Shown: piece by piece, positions 19,165 through 29,795 of the stretch | Numbering within the stretch: the first letter of the stretch is position 1 | Layout: each line of letters starts with the position of its first letter | Source of the DNA: a virus | Lineage: Duplodnaviria > Caudoviricetes | Strand: one strand, 5' to 3' | Virus record (IMG/VR): IMGVR_UViG_3300048996_000177 | Span: 1 to 60,625 of that record | DNA: 60,625 bases | Position numbers and translations under genes: made by a program | The notes under the pieces: model-generated | The model's database searches: none | The model's input: the letters and a program-made list of their open reading frames with translations, nothing else | What the model was told of the DNA's origin: nothing

Positions 19165-19569
19165 ATGTCGTTGCGCAATTATCTGTTTGATATCGCGAAA
19201 AACGACAGCGTGTTGAATTCACTTGGCCTCAACGCGACGTCCATGTTCACATCGAATGACAAGGACACCCCGCAAGTCCGCCCGTTTCTGGTATTCCGAT
19301 GGGGGGCTACGAATCCCGGTTTGTCAGTGGTGAACCAGCGAACGTTGCGGGTGTGGGTGCATGACGAACCTTCCGATTACACCAACATCGACATGGCGCT
19401 GAAACGTCTTCAAACGATTTTTTTGCCGTTGATGGCGGTTCCGGTGTCCCCATCGGGTCAATGGGTGTCACAGATCGAATGGACGGGCGATTCCGACGAT
19501 CTGGACGATGACATCCAACAAACCATCACCCGATGGACCGAATTCCAGATAACGGGGTCGGCCGTATGA
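19165..19569 (+). CDS. Tail terminator
   Basis: Position before the major tail protein; 'VWVHD.P.DY..ID' motif. Confidence 0.65.
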   Translation: MSLRNYLFDIAKNDSVLNSLGLNATSMFTSNDKDTPQVRPFLVFRWGATNPGLSVVNQRTLRVWVHDEPSDYTNIDMALKRLQTIFLPLMAVPVSPSGQWVSQIEWTGDSDDLDDDIQQTITRWTEFQITGSAV

Positions 19570-19754
19570 CTGACTTACGTTGCCCCTCCAAACTTCACGG
19601 CGTGCTGGATAACCAGTTTATCGACGTGAAATGTTCCTCCCGGTTTTGCGGCGCACAGCCGGGTGTGGTGATCATTCACCGTTTCAGTGCTGTTGATGGA
19701 AGTTTCATCGACACATTCCGTTATCGAGATTTTGTAGGAGGGAAGAAAACATGA
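19566..19754 (+). CDS. Small Cys-containing protein (MTDLRCPSKLHG...KCSSRFCG)
   Basis: ATGA overlaps at both ends. Confidence 0.65.
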   Translation: MTDLRCPSKLHGVLDNQFIDVKCSSRFCGAQPGVVIIHRFSAVDGSFIDTFRYRDFVGGKKT

Positions 19755-20626
19755 GTGATCCCCTACCCACGGCGCTCCCGTATGGACTCCGGGATATCAA
19801 ACTCACGCCGTACACCGACGCGACGAATACCGCGTTGGGAACTCCGGTGGACCTTCCCGTTTCGCGGACGTTGTCATTCAGCGAAACGGAAGAATTCAGC
19901 ACGTTGGAAGGTGACGACGAAACGGCGGCCACCCACGGTGCCGGTGCGATCGTCGAGTGGGAACTCGAATCCGGCGGTATTTCGTTGCAGGCGTGGGCGG
20001 TCCTCTCCGGGGCAACGTACACCGGCGGCGCATCGCGTCGGACGATCAAGAAGAATGTCTCGCAGCAGCGAGGTTCGTTCAAGATCGAGGGCCAGATCAT
20101 TTCCGATTCCGGTGGCGACATCCACTGTGAAATCTTCCGGGCCAAGTGCAACGATTCGCTGGATGGCGAATTCTCGTACGGCAACTTCATGCTGACGAAC
20201 TGCTCCGGTGTGGGCTACGGCTCGCAAATGGTTGTCGCGACCGGCGACCCGGATACCGCTGTGGCACTCGGTGACCTGTACCGGTTCACCCAGAATGGCA
20301 CGGTTACCACGATCAACGCGGGTGTCGCTCCGCCGGTCGGGTTGTCGTCCGGTGCGGTCACGGCAACTACGGTCGCGCTCGACTGGGAACCCCCACTGTC
20401 GGGACCGGCACCGGATGCATACCGCGTGTACCAGCGGGTATGGACTGCGGGCGGTACCAACCCATGGGTCGCATCCACGACCACCCCGACCAACGGCACG
20501 AACACGACCACGGCGGCATCGGTCACCGGATTGACCACGGCGACGCATTACGAATTCGTCGTGCGTGCCATCAAGACGTTGATCGAATCGCCCAACTCCA
20601 ACGCGGACGACGCTACCACGTCGTAG
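19751..20626 (+). CDS. Major tail protein with C-terminal fibronectin type III domain
   Basis: 'LPYGLRDIKL...LEGDD' N-terminus; Fn3 signature LDWEPP...YRV...VTGLTTATHYEFVVRA. Confidence 0.85.
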   Translation: MSDPLPTALPYGLRDIKLTPYTDATNTALGTPVDLPVSRTLSFSETEEFSTLEGDDETAATHGAGAIVEWELESGGISLQAWAVLSGATYTGGASRRTIKKNVSQQRGSFKIEGQIISDSGGDIHCEIFRAKCNDSLDGEFSYGNFMLTNCSGVGYGSQMVVATGDPDTAVALGDLYRFTQNGTVTTINAGVAPPVGLSSGAVTATTVALDWEPPLSGPAPDAYRVYQRVWTAGGTNPWVASTTTPTNGTNTTTAASVTGLTTATHYEFVVRAIKTLIESPNSNADDATTS

Positions 20627-20666
20627 TTCGCCCGACCATTCGTTAACCGGATTTTAGGAGCACGAG

Positions 20667-21242
20667 ATGCCATCCACCAACACCCCCAACGCTTATGGCG
20701 CGGGATGGAAGAAGTCCAAGGCCGAAGCGTATATCGACTTGGAATGCCCCACCGGAACGTGGTGCCAGATTCGTAAACCGAATCCCCGTGCACTCGTCAC
20801 CCTCGGATTTCTGGACCGACTGGATACGTTGAATGGCGTTATCCAGTCGAAGCACATCAAGCGCGTGAAGGGCGAAGCCAAGATCGACACCACGTCGTTG
20901 ATCAAGGACCCCACGTCGCTGATGGGAATGCTTGAACTTGCCGATCGGGTTGTGGAATACGTCGTGATTCAGCCGACTGTCCAACGCCCGTACGTGTCCA
21001 CCGGTGTGGACGGCGAAGGCAACCCCACCGAACGTCAATTGCGGGGAGACGAGCGCGACGACGAGGTCATTTACACGGATGAACTCGACGACGCAGATAA
21101 AATGTTCATTTTCTCGTTGTCGGCGGGTGGTGACCCCGACCTGGCCACGTTTCGTAAACTCTATAACGAATCTGCTGCAAATCTGGGGAATGTCGAACAA
21201 GTGGCGGGTTCGTCCAAGCGAGTTGCTGTCCGTCGAAAATGA
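20667..21242 (+). CDS. Tail assembly chaperone (G)
   Basis: Between major tail and tape measure; AGGAG RBS. Confidence 0.8.
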   Translation: MPSTNTPNAYGAGWKKSKAEAYIDLECPTGTWCQIRKPNPRALVTLGFLDRLDTLNGVIQSKHIKRVKGEAKIDTTSLIKDPTSLMGMLELADRVVEYVVIQPTVQRPYVSTGVDGEGNPTERQLRGDERDDEVIYTDELDDADKMFIFSLSAGGDPDLATFRKLYNESAANLGNVEQVAGSSKRVAVRRK

Positions 21243-21459
21243 CGCGGCTGCATTTTATTTCGACCGGGCGGTTTACACCTTCGGGGTGACGTTCGACGCG
21301 GACATGGAAGAAGCCACCAAGTCCAAAGGTAAAAAACCCGACACCCCAGAACAAACGAAACGCAAACAGGAAAATCGTTTGGCCAAATGGCTGGACGATG
21401 GTTCCACACCCAGAGCGGCGCAACCGAAACGATTCCGGGATCCAGCGGCCGAAATGTAA
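21151..21459 (+). CDS. Tail assembly chaperone (T part); entered by a +1 frameshift or started at ATG 21190
   Basis: Overlaps G in the +1 frame; 'RPSELL...AAFYFDRAVYTFG...FRDP'. Confidence 0.65.
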   Translation, partial: FVNSITNLLQIWGMSNKWRVRPSELLSVENDAAAFYFDRAVYTFGVTFDADMEEATKSKGKKPDTPEQTKRKQENRLAKWLDDGSTPRAAQPKRFRDPAAEM

Positions 21460-21471
21460 GGGAGGGGTGAG

Positions 21472-24402
21472 ATGGCACGTCGTTATGACCTTGGAACGGT
21501 AGTTGGAAAGATCATTTTCAATTACGATGATAGGGGCACAACCAAATCTCAAAAAGATTTGGATGCCATGAAGAACAAGGCGGAGACATTCGCCAAAAGT
21601 TTTGATGCCGCATCCAAGAGCATGGGACGTTCCGCCCTCGGGGCTGCGAAAACATTTGCGGTTACCGCCGTTGCATTGGCCAGTGTTTCCGCAGCCGGTC
21701 AAGGTCTCGTGGCGGTTGGTGCGTGGTTGGCCGCTGCATCACAAGCCGCCGTTGTATTGCCCGGTGTCTTGGCCGCTGCGGGAACGGCGATGGTTGTCGC
21801 CAAACTGGGTGCCGATGGAATCAAAAAAGCGATGGAAGGCATTAAGCCGGTCGTCGATGATTTGAAGAAATCAGTATCGGCCACGTTTGAAAAAGGTTTG
21901 GCTCCGGCCGTTAAAAACTTGAACCAGATTGTCCCGCAATTGAAGACACGGTTGTTGGGTGTGGCACAAGCCATGTCCCAAGCGGCCGTGTCATTCACCG
22001 AGATGTTGAAGCAAAAATCGCAAGTCAACAGTTTGAATGCGATTATCAACGCTACCGAAGGAACAGTCCGAAATGTGGGAAGGGCATTGGCTCCATTGGG
22101 CCAGGCGTTTCTTGACATCGCATCGGTGGGTGCGAACATGTTTCGGGGATGGACCGAAGGGGCAGGTGCAGCGGCACAGGGATTCGCCGATTTCATCCAT
22201 GAAGCGAAAGCATCCGGTCAGATTGCGGAATGGATCCAGACTGGTGTGGATGCGTTCAAATCGTTGGGTGCAATCGTTGTACAGGTTGCCGGAATCATCG
22301 CGGCGGTTGTAAAGGGATTCGCATCGGCCGGAACCACGATCGGCGCGCCGTTGGTGGAGACATTGCGGCAGATCAACGCGTTTTTGTCCGGCATTGAAGG
22401 ACAATCGATCCTGAAATCGCTGGCCACATCGCTGGGTGAAATCGGTTCAGTTGTGTCCACGGTCTTGCTGGCCGCATTGAAGGCGGTAGCTCCATTGTTG
22501 CCGCCGCTGCTGGACGCGTTCGCGAAGTTGGCCACACAGGCATTGCCGTTGATCGTATCGGCGATTCAATTCCTGGCTCCGGTGCTGTTGAACATCGCGA
22601 ATTACATCCAACAGAACATTGACTGGATCGGTCCGTTGGTCATTGCGTTGGGTGCGTGGGCAGCGGCGCAATGGGCCCTCAACATCGCGCTGAATGCCAA
22701 CCCCATCGGTTTGGTGGTATTGGCCATCGCGGCATTGGTCGCCATCGCAGCCACGATCATCACGTACTGGGAACCGATCTCCGGTTTCTTCATCGACTTG
22801 TGGAACACCATCTGGAAGTGGACGTCCGATCGAATCACGGACATCTGGAATTTCATCAAGTCGGTGTTCGGTGCGATTGGTGATTACTTTTCCAGTGTCG
22901 GTGCGGCATGGTCGAAAGTGTTTTCGGATGTCGGCGATAAGATCAAGGCCGCATGGAATGGCATTGGCGATTTCTTCTCGTCCATTGGTCAGGCCATTGT
23001 GGACGGTATCGGTGCGGCCATCGACTGGCTCAAATCGGTACCGGAAACGGTCGGTAATTTCTTGGCGTCGCTCCCGGCTATCGTCGGTAACGCGTTCAAA
23101 TGGGCGATGACCGAAGGTTTGCACGCGTTGTCCGAAGGAATTCAGTGGATCATCGCGGCATCCATCGCGTTGCCATTGCGACTTGGTGAAATCATCATCG
23201 GCTTGGGCGTCCAGTTGTATACGTGGATGAAAGCAGCATGGACGGCCGCGCAAACGGCAGTATCCGAAGCGTTCATTGCGTTGATTGCATGGATTGTCCA
23301 GTTGCCCGATATGATCCTCACCGCGTTGGTTAACTTCGGCACGATGATTTCCGATTGGGCAACGTCCACATGGGAATCCGCACGACTGGCCGTTGTGCAG
23401 AAGGTATCCGAATTGTTGGTGTGGATCAGCGAATTGCCGGGCAAAATCATTCTGGCGGTTGCGCAATTCCTGGACATGATCGTCACATGGGCTCGCGACA
23501 CGTGGGAAGCCATGAAGACCACGGCCATTAACAAGGGCGCGGAATTCTTGGTATGGGTGTCACAACTGCCCGGCAAAATCATGGATTGGTTGAAGCGGAC
23601 CGTATCCGATCTGGGTGATTTGGCCAGCCGTTCATGGACCGCATTCAAAGATCGTGCCCAAGCAGCCGGTGACCTGATGTTGCAATGGGTTAAAGGCATC
23701 CCGGGCTGGATCATGGATCGGTTGGGCGACCTCGGAAATCTGTTGGTGAACGCCGGTAAGGCAATCATCAATGGTTTGTTGAACGGCATCAAGGCGGCAG
23801 CCAACGGATTGTTTAGTTGGGTTGGTGGCATCGCCGATAAGATCCGTTCATTGAAGGGTCCATTGTCATACGACAAAATCCTGTTGGTCGACGCCGGTAC
23901 TGCGATCATGGGCGGGTTGTTGAATGGACTGCAATCCGGGTACCAGAAGGTTCAATCGTTCGTTGGCGGTGTGGCGAACAACATTCAAGATATGATGGAC
24001 CCGAACAAGATGATTACTCCGATGGGTTCAGCGGCAAAAGAAATTTTGAACGCACTGCAACAAGGTGCGACGGTATATGAAGATTTGTCGTTTAAGGGAA
24101 TGTCGAGTCAAGGTTCGGCATTCAATGACCAATTAGCGGCAGATTTTTACAAGCAAACCGGATCAAGTTCTTCCGGTAGCCAAGGGATTGACATGTCCCA
24201 GTTGACCCCATGGCTGGAACAAGTCATTGCGAACGAAACGAAAACCCAGCCGGTGTTGCCGACCAATGCGGGAACGGTATCCATTTCAGCCGTTAACCTG
24301 TACGTCACCGGAAACCTTGATCCGACCAATCCGGTTCAATGGCGTAAGGCCATGGACGAAATCCAGAACGGCATCAACAACGTAATCCGGGGGAGGCAGT
24401 AA
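21472..24402 (+). CDS. Tape measure protein
   Basis: 976 aa, Ala/Gly-rich helical, periodic Trp, ANPIGLVV motif. Confidence 0.92.
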   Translation: MARRYDLGTVVGKIIFNYDDRGTTKSQKDLDAMKNKAETFAKSFDAASKSMGRSALGAAKTFAVTAVALASVSAAGQGLVAVGAWLAAASQAAVVLPGVLAAAGTAMVVAKLGADGIKKAMEGIKPVVDDLKKSVSATFEKGLAPAVKNLNQIVPQLKTRLLGVAQAMSQAAVSFTEMLKQKSQVNSLNAIINATEGTVRNVGRALAPLGQAFLDIASVGANMFRGWTEGAGAAAQGFADFIHEAKASGQIAEWIQTGVDAFKSLGAIVVQVAGIIAAVVKGFASAGTTIGAPLVETLRQINAFLSGIEGQSILKSLATSLGEIGSVVSTVLLAALKAVAPLLPPLLDAFAKLATQALPLIVSAIQFLAPVLLNIANYIQQNIDWIGPLVIALGAWAAAQWALNIALNANPIGLVVLAIAALVAIAATIITYWEPISGFFIDLWNTIWKWTSDRITDIWNFIKSVFGAIGDYFSSVGAAWSKVFSDVGDKIKAAWNGIGDFFSSIGQAIVDGIGAAIDWLKSVPETVGNFLASLPAIVGNAFKWAMTEGLHALSEGIQWIIAASIALPLRLGEIIIGLGVQLYTWMKAAWTAAQTAVSEAFIALIAWIVQLPDMILTALVNFGTMISDWATSTWESARLAVVQKVSELLVWISELPGKIILAVAQFLDMIVTWARDTWEAMKTTAINKGAEFLVWVSQLPGKIMDWLKRTVSDLGDLASRSWTAFKDRAQAAGDLMLQWVKGIPGWIMDRLGDLGNLLVNAGKAIINGLLNGIKAAANGLFSWVGGIADKIRSLKGPLSYDKILLVDAGTAIMGGLLNGLQSGYQKVQSFVGGVANNIQDMMDPNKMITPMGSAAKEILNALQQGATVYEDLSFKGMSSQGSAFNDQLAADFYKQTGSSSSGSQGIDMSQLTPWLEQVIANETKTQPVLPTNAGTVSISAVNLYVTGNLDPTNPVQWRKAMDEIQNGINNVIRGRQ

Positions 24403-25607
24403 TGGCCACGTTCCACACCATCCGGGTTGGTCGGTTGACGTTGCGCGAGGATTTCAGTGTCCAGGAATCGGCGGATCGGTCAATGTCGTTGACCGGCCAC
24501 GAATCCATGGGAACCCGTGGCCAGCGGACAAAGGTTCAAGTGGAACAACGTCGCGACGATATTCTGTCCCTCATCGGACAGTTCGTCGCGATCGCATTCA
24601 CGGACAAACCCCACCTGAATGGGTTCTACTGGATCACGGACGCATCGGCCGAAATCACCCGGTGGGATGAAGAAGGATTGTCGATGCTCGGATGGACATT
24701 GTCAGCCCAGCGGGTTGGTGTGTCCGATGAGATCGACATTGAATCCCGATTGTCCGGTGCGATCACTCGGCAAAATGATTTCACGGCCATCGGGAAACGT
24801 CCGCACGCTCCGGCGGTAAACCACAACGTCTATTCGGCGGGTTCGACGATCCCCACGTTTACTAGCCGAACCGGCACCGATGGTGTGGTCAAGGTGTATC
24901 AAAACCTGGCCCAGGGCATCAATCCCCGATGGGGAATCACGGTGACCGATTATGAAAAAGGCCGGGTCCGGTTCATCGACCACAATGGACTCGAACGAAC
25001 GGGTGTGTCATATGACACGGACCCGACGAACTGGGAACTCTCCAATTCGTTGATCCGGCTCAAACCCATCGGTGTGGCCGGAACGTTTGACCTGTCGGTG
25101 TGGCAATCCGGTGCATGGGTATCCCGGACATGGGATCTTCTGTATTCAACCGGTCCCGCGTTGTCCATGGGGTTCGCTGATTATGTGACCGTTTTGGACA
25201 ACAACTATGAATCGGTATCTGTCCGGCTGACCAAAAATCTGTCACCATCCGGCCGAATGACGGTTGACCTGACGTTGAACCGGGGATCGTCGATCGTTGA
25301 GGTGTACATCCAACACCAGTTCGGCACCACGCTGGCGTTGAAACGGGCCACGGTCGTGGCTGGCACGTCCACACCCGGGTATGTCTCGCAAACCACAGCG
25401 GATGGTGCGGGCATGAAAACGATTGTGGGGTCTGCACGGACGTTCACGGCCGATGCACCCAACCATGGGATATCCAAGGCCGCTACGGCGACGCTGGACG
25501 CCTTTATCGGGGTGTGCATGTCGGCATCGGCGGGTGATTTACCGGCCGACGTGTACACCTCGTACATTGGTGCCCCATCGGAATTGGTACAGGGGGTGCG
25601 AAAGTAA
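24402..25607 (+). CDS. Minor tail protein (distal tail position)
   Basis: Directly after the tape measure; TAATG coupling. Confidence 0.75.
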   Translation: MATFHTIRVGRLTLREDFSVQESADRSMSLTGHESMGTRGQRTKVQVEQRRDDILSLIGQFVAIAFTDKPHLNGFYWITDASAEITRWDEEGLSMLGWTLSAQRVGVSDEIDIESRLSGAITRQNDFTAIGKRPHAPAVNHNVYSAGSTIPTFTSRTGTDGVVKVYQNLAQGINPRWGITVTDYEKGRVRFIDHNGLERTGVSYDTDPTNWELSNSLIRLKPIGVAGTFDLSVWQSGAWVSRTWDLLYSTGPALSMGFADYVTVLDNNYESVSVRLTKNLSPSGRMTVDLTLNRGSSIVEVYIQHQFGTTLALKRATVVAGTSTPGYVSQTTADGAGMKTIVGSARTFTADAPNHGISKAATATLDAFIGVCMSASAGDLPADVYTSYIGAPSELVQGVRK

Positions 25608-28402
25608 TGTCAGTAACAGAAACATTGCGCGGACTGGGTGATTGGTCGGTGACGTTGAAAGACGTTCCGGCCGATATCCAGGATGCGTTGCAGTATTACG
25701 GTCACATCGCCGTCCACACCGGCCGGGTCGATTACCGGAAACAAGGCGATGGCGCGCTCACGTCGTCGCGATACACCGGTGTGTTGCGCCGCAAGGAATT
25801 GAACGATGATGCGCTGGTAATCGGCGGTCCCGGGATGGCGATGTGGCTGGGTGACGAGGATCAAAAGGGAAAGACCATTGAAACCCTTTTGACCATCACC
25901 GCTCAGACATTTGAGAACACGATCCGGGCGTTGTTGCCCACCCCGTCCGTTATTGAAGGTACGTTGTTCAATATCGGCGGGTCGCCGTTTACCGGCACGT
26001 TCCAGTTCATGTCACCACGTGAAGCGATCGATTACGTTACCCAGACAATGGGTGCGGAATGGCGAGTCAACGGTGACGGTACGTTGGATGCCGGGCTGGT
26101 GTCGGATTTGTTCCGCGTGAACCCGAAAACCATCATCGACCGGAAACTGTCCGGTGTGGACATGGCGTTGAAGGGGTTTTTGGGATCGGCCAAAACCGAT
26201 CAGGACGTCGAAGATTTCACCACTCGTGTGTTGCTGTTGGCATCGGGTGTGGAGGGGTCAGTCGTCACAGCCACGGCGGATATCGCTGTCGGGTTGAACC
26301 CGTACAAAGACATTCGCGGCAATGCCATTAAGATGTCTCGGATCGTATCGGAATCGGCTACTGACCCGACGAATGCCCCGGCCCGAGCGCAATTGCAGTT
26401 GAACCGGTTTTCTGATACCCGCGATGCGATGACGCTGGATTCGGAAGATTACGATATCAAAGGCGATTTGGTCGTCGGCGATTACATGTGGGTGCATGAT
26501 CCTGAAATTGACCTGGTCGACGGCGCCAACGAAGTTAAATTCCGGGGCAAGAAGTTAAACCCGATGAAACTCCGTTTGACGGAAATGACGTGGCCGGTCA
26601 AATCGCGGTATTCGGTCGGATTCCGAAACTCGTCCACTGGGGTGTGGTATAACCTCACCGATTATTTCGAGCCAGAAACCGGATCGTCTACGCTGATCGT
26701 TGGTGGTTATTCTCGTTCGTTGACCGGTGGCGGCGCGGATGGTGGCGCTGGGGGATCCCGGCCGTTGCCCAACACGTCCATCCCGGGCATCCCGGTGTGG
26801 AATCAGCCGTTTATCCAATCGGTGTATCAATCTCCGCTAAATGGTGATACCAAAGCGCAAGTACAGTTGAAGTGGTCTCGTCCAAACAATGTGGACGGAA
26901 CGACAATTACTGATGGGGATCATTACGAAGTTCGTTGGCGTAATGCAACCTCACCATTGTTTCCTTCGACGCATGCACAACTATCTGTATTTACTCATGC
27001 ACAGATTACGGCGTCCGGTGGAACGCATGCACAACCCATTCAATACCCGGTAGGTCCGTGGAATTACGCTTTTGTACCATGGTCGGAATTGACGTATCTG
27101 TTACAGGAATTGTCACCGAACATGCCGTATGAGGCACAAATTCGTGCGGTAGATGGTGCGGTACCACCGAATCCCGGTGATTGGTCGTTGGCGGCTGGAT
27201 TCCAAACGTTAGGTGATACGCTGGGTCCGGCCACCCCTGCCCCACCCGAGGTATATGCGTCACGTATCGCTGTACAGATTGTGCACCATTTGGGGCGATC
27301 TGATGGTGGAACATATAACCTTGATGCGGACTTGCACCATTTTGAAGTCCACGGTTCATATGAACCGAATTTCGAACCGACTGGTTTGACTTTGCTGGGT
27401 AAGATCATTGCCAACTATGGGATGATTACCAGTCAGATTCCGGCTGTGGGTTCCATTCAGGTGGAAAGCACAGTTCCCACATATTTTAAAGTGATAGCCG
27501 TCGATAATGCGGGAAATACATCGGCCCCATCAGTTGCCGTTGAACAGACGGCATTGTTGATTGACAACGCTCATATTTCGGACTTGACCGTATCCAAGGT
27601 GTCGGCCGGTGTTATCCAATCTGACTGGCTTTTGGGTGCGAATATTCGTACGGGTGTGACCGGTGCACGGGTGCAATTGAACTTTGCCGGATTGCAGGCA
27701 TTCAACGCGGCCAATGTTCAAACGATGAGTGTTGATTCCGCAACGGGGGATTTCGATACGATCGGGTCCATTCGATCAGGAGCGTCGGGGATTCGAGTAG
27801 AGGTAAATCCGAAGGCGGGGGCCTATCTTCCAGAAATTCGAATGTTCCCGAGCACGGGGTCTTCATTTGCCGTGATCAACTCGGTGAACGCAGGAAGTTT
27901 TGCTGGTATCGGTGTAAACTCGGGATCTACTGACGGTATTACCCAGTCCACAATGTACTGTTCTCCTTCCTCTGCATTTATCGGTCGAGGAACCGTTGGT
28001 GGTCCCGCTCCTATAAGGGGGGGATTTTTCAACGGGGATGACGTTAACGGAAGGATCGGTTATCTTTTCCCCGGGGGTAACGAAGCATTTTTTAATGCTG
28101 GGTCTGATCGTCGAATTGGATTCAAGGGAGTGTTTTTCCGAGGCGCCGGATTTGGGTCACAGCAAGCTTTGGTAACCGATTTTGTAGATGACAACAGTTT
28201 CGCTATCGTTGCCATGGCGTACGGAGCAACCATGCAAGACGTTGTCCAACCGTTCGTTGCCTTTTGCAGTGCAGGCGGTACGGACAATAGAAATGCCGTG
28301 CATGTGTCGGGATTGAGTCAAACGGGTTTGGCTATTGCCACGCAATGGAATACTTCTGGGCCAGCGGGTCGATTTAGTTATCTCATGATTCAGTCGGGAT
28401 AG
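25607..28402 (+). CDS. Minor tail / tail tip protein with Fn3-like domains
   Basis: 931 aa; Fn3-like 'LSPNMPYEAQIRAVD' and 'YFKVIAVDNAGN', then 'ISDLTVSKVSAG' fibre repeat. Confidence 0.8.
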   Translation: MSVTETLRGLGDWSVTLKDVPADIQDALQYYGHIAVHTGRVDYRKQGDGALTSSRYTGVLRRKELNDDALVIGGPGMAMWLGDEDQKGKTIETLLTITAQTFENTIRALLPTPSVIEGTLFNIGGSPFTGTFQFMSPREAIDYVTQTMGAEWRVNGDGTLDAGLVSDLFRVNPKTIIDRKLSGVDMALKGFLGSAKTDQDVEDFTTRVLLLASGVEGSVVTATADIAVGLNPYKDIRGNAIKMSRIVSESATDPTNAPARAQLQLNRFSDTRDAMTLDSEDYDIKGDLVVGDYMWVHDPEIDLVDGANEVKFRGKKLNPMKLRLTEMTWPVKSRYSVGFRNSSTGVWYNLTDYFEPETGSSTLIVGGYSRSLTGGGADGGAGGSRPLPNTSIPGIPVWNQPFIQSVYQSPLNGDTKAQVQLKWSRPNNVDGTTITDGDHYEVRWRNATSPLFPSTHAQLSVFTHAQITASGGTHAQPIQYPVGPWNYAFVPWSELTYLLQELSPNMPYEAQIRAVDGAVPPNPGDWSLAAGFQTLGDTLGPATPAPPEVYASRIAVQIVHHLGRSDGGTYNLDADLHHFEVHGSYEPNFEPTGLTLLGKIIANYGMITSQIPAVGSIQVESTVPTYFKVIAVDNAGNTSAPSVAVEQTALLIDNAHISDLTVSKVSAGVIQSDWLLGANIRTGVTGARVQLNFAGLQAFNAANVQTMSVDSATGDFDTIGSIRSGASGIRVEVNPKAGAYLPEIRMFPSTGSSFAVINSVNAGSFAGIGVNSGSTDGITQSTMYCSPSSAFIGRGTVGGPAPIRGGFFNGDDVNGRIGYLFPGGNEAFFNAGSDRRIGFKGVFFRGAGFGSQQALVTDFVDDNSFAIVAMAYGATMQDVVQPFVAFCSAGGTDNRNAVHVSGLSQTGLAIATQWNTSGPAGRFSYLMIQSG

Positions 28403-28409
28403 GGGAAAA

Positions 28410-28919
28410 ATGAGAATCATCATCACGGATGCATCTAAAGATGAAGAACTAAATCGATGGATGATCCGTTGGGAAGAACACCGGGATGATGGTTTTATTC
28501 AACCGGTCAGCTTGGCAATCCCATTGGACACCATGGAGTGGCGCGCAGCGGAGTACAACATTCCAGCTTCGGATATCAACACATTGATTGATATCGTGAT
28601 TTGCGAGCGTTACCTTCCTCCCGCAGTTATCGAGGGGGAAAATGGGCTATTCAACGCGCCTGACATCGCCACTGCCCGGGAAACCTATCTTGCTGCGATC
28701 GCCGAAGTGAAAATGAAATATCGGATATCCACTCGGGTTAAAGGTGGACCCTTGGATGTGGTGCGTTCATTGGCCGATCACAACCCAGAACGACTGGCCA
28801 TTAAAGGCATGAACGTAATTCTTGCTCGGCACAACCGGGGATCACAGAAATTGGATCCGGCGGTCCACTCGGTTTTGGCAAGTATCCAAGAATTGCTTGT
28901 CGTCACGGAAGGCAAATAG
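28410..28919 (+). CDS. Hypothetical tail-associated protein
   Basis: 169 aa within the tail module. Confidence 0.65.
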   Translation: MRIIITDASKDEELNRWMIRWEEHRDDGFIQPVSLAIPLDTMEWRAAEYNIPASDINTLIDIVICERYLPPAVIEGENGLFNAPDIATARETYLAAIAEVKMKYRISTRVKGGPLDVVRSLADHNPERLAIKGMNVILARHNRGSQKLDPAVHSVLASIQELLVVTEGK

Positions 28920-28920
28920 T

Positions 28921-29766
28921 ATGGCAACCGTTACGCCGAGGTTAGGGCTTACAAAACCGCTGACGAGTGAACTGTATGATGTTGGGGTTCCGAACGCCAA
29001 CATGGATTTGATTGACACATATATCGACCGAGTATGTACCAAGGCAACACGACCATCCACTGCGTGGATCGGATTGCGGGTGTGGGAAACCGACACGGCC
29101 GCTATGATCGTGTGCACCGGTGTGGGGCCAATCGTATGGCGATACATCACCATCCCCGTGGTGGCCAATGCAGCCGGTCGGAATGCGCTATCCCCGGTCC
29201 ACACCGGAATGACGTGCACACGGGCGGACAAAGGGTGGACGGAGGTTTACGACGGTACCGCGTGGCGCACGGTCGGCACGGTTGCTGTTGCTGCCGGTAC
29301 GGAGATCACGCATCCATATGTCGACCAGCAAGTCATGTTGTTGGCTGACCATCGTTCTTATCGATGGACGGGTTCGGCATGGGTTCCTATTCAAGGAACA
29401 CGAATTCTTGGTGGACAGCTTGCTTCCGATTTAGGCTTGGCGGGTTTGGTTGATGCCCCCGGTTGCACCACAGGCGCATTCACGATGCTTGTAGCTGGTA
29501 CAGCGGTGGCAACAATAGACGTGGCCGCCAATACGGTAAGTGGTAACTATGCCCAAGGGCATTTGAATATTGATGGGGCTAACCATGCGGTTATGGCCCA
29601 AGCATCACAGTCGGGGCTGGCCCCGGGGCATGCGTCAAAAACGGTGGGCCCCATCGCGTTGGCGGCGGGAAGCCATACGATCAAAATGCAACTCGTCAAC
29701 TCGGGGGGAGCGACAACGGTCAAGGCGTTTTCAACCCGGATATCTGTGACGATCGTTGAGGGTTAG
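28921..29766 (+). CDS. Minor tail / fibre protein
   Basis: 'TPRLGLTKP...NANMDLID' N-terminus; repeated 'YDGTAW' / 'WTGSAW'. Confidence 0.75.
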   Translation: MATVTPRLGLTKPLTSELYDVGVPNANMDLIDTYIDRVCTKATRPSTAWIGLRVWETDTAAMIVCTGVGPIVWRYITIPVVANAAGRNALSPVHTGMTCTRADKGWTEVYDGTAWRTVGTVAVAAGTEITHPYVDQQVMLLADHRSYRWTGSAWVPIQGTRILGGQLASDLGLAGLVDAPGCTTGAFTMLVAGTAVATIDVAANTVSGNYAQGHLNIDGANHAVMAQASQSGLAPGHASKTVGPIALAAGSHTIKMQLVNSGGATTVKAFSTRISVTIVEG

Positions 29767-29795
29767 AACCGGGGGGTTCGTGGAAAGGTTGGCCC

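Noticed and set aside
21183-21192. GGGGAAT as a canonical -1 slippery site
   Set aside because: The downstream chaperone ORF is in the +1 frame, so a -1 shift would not enter it.
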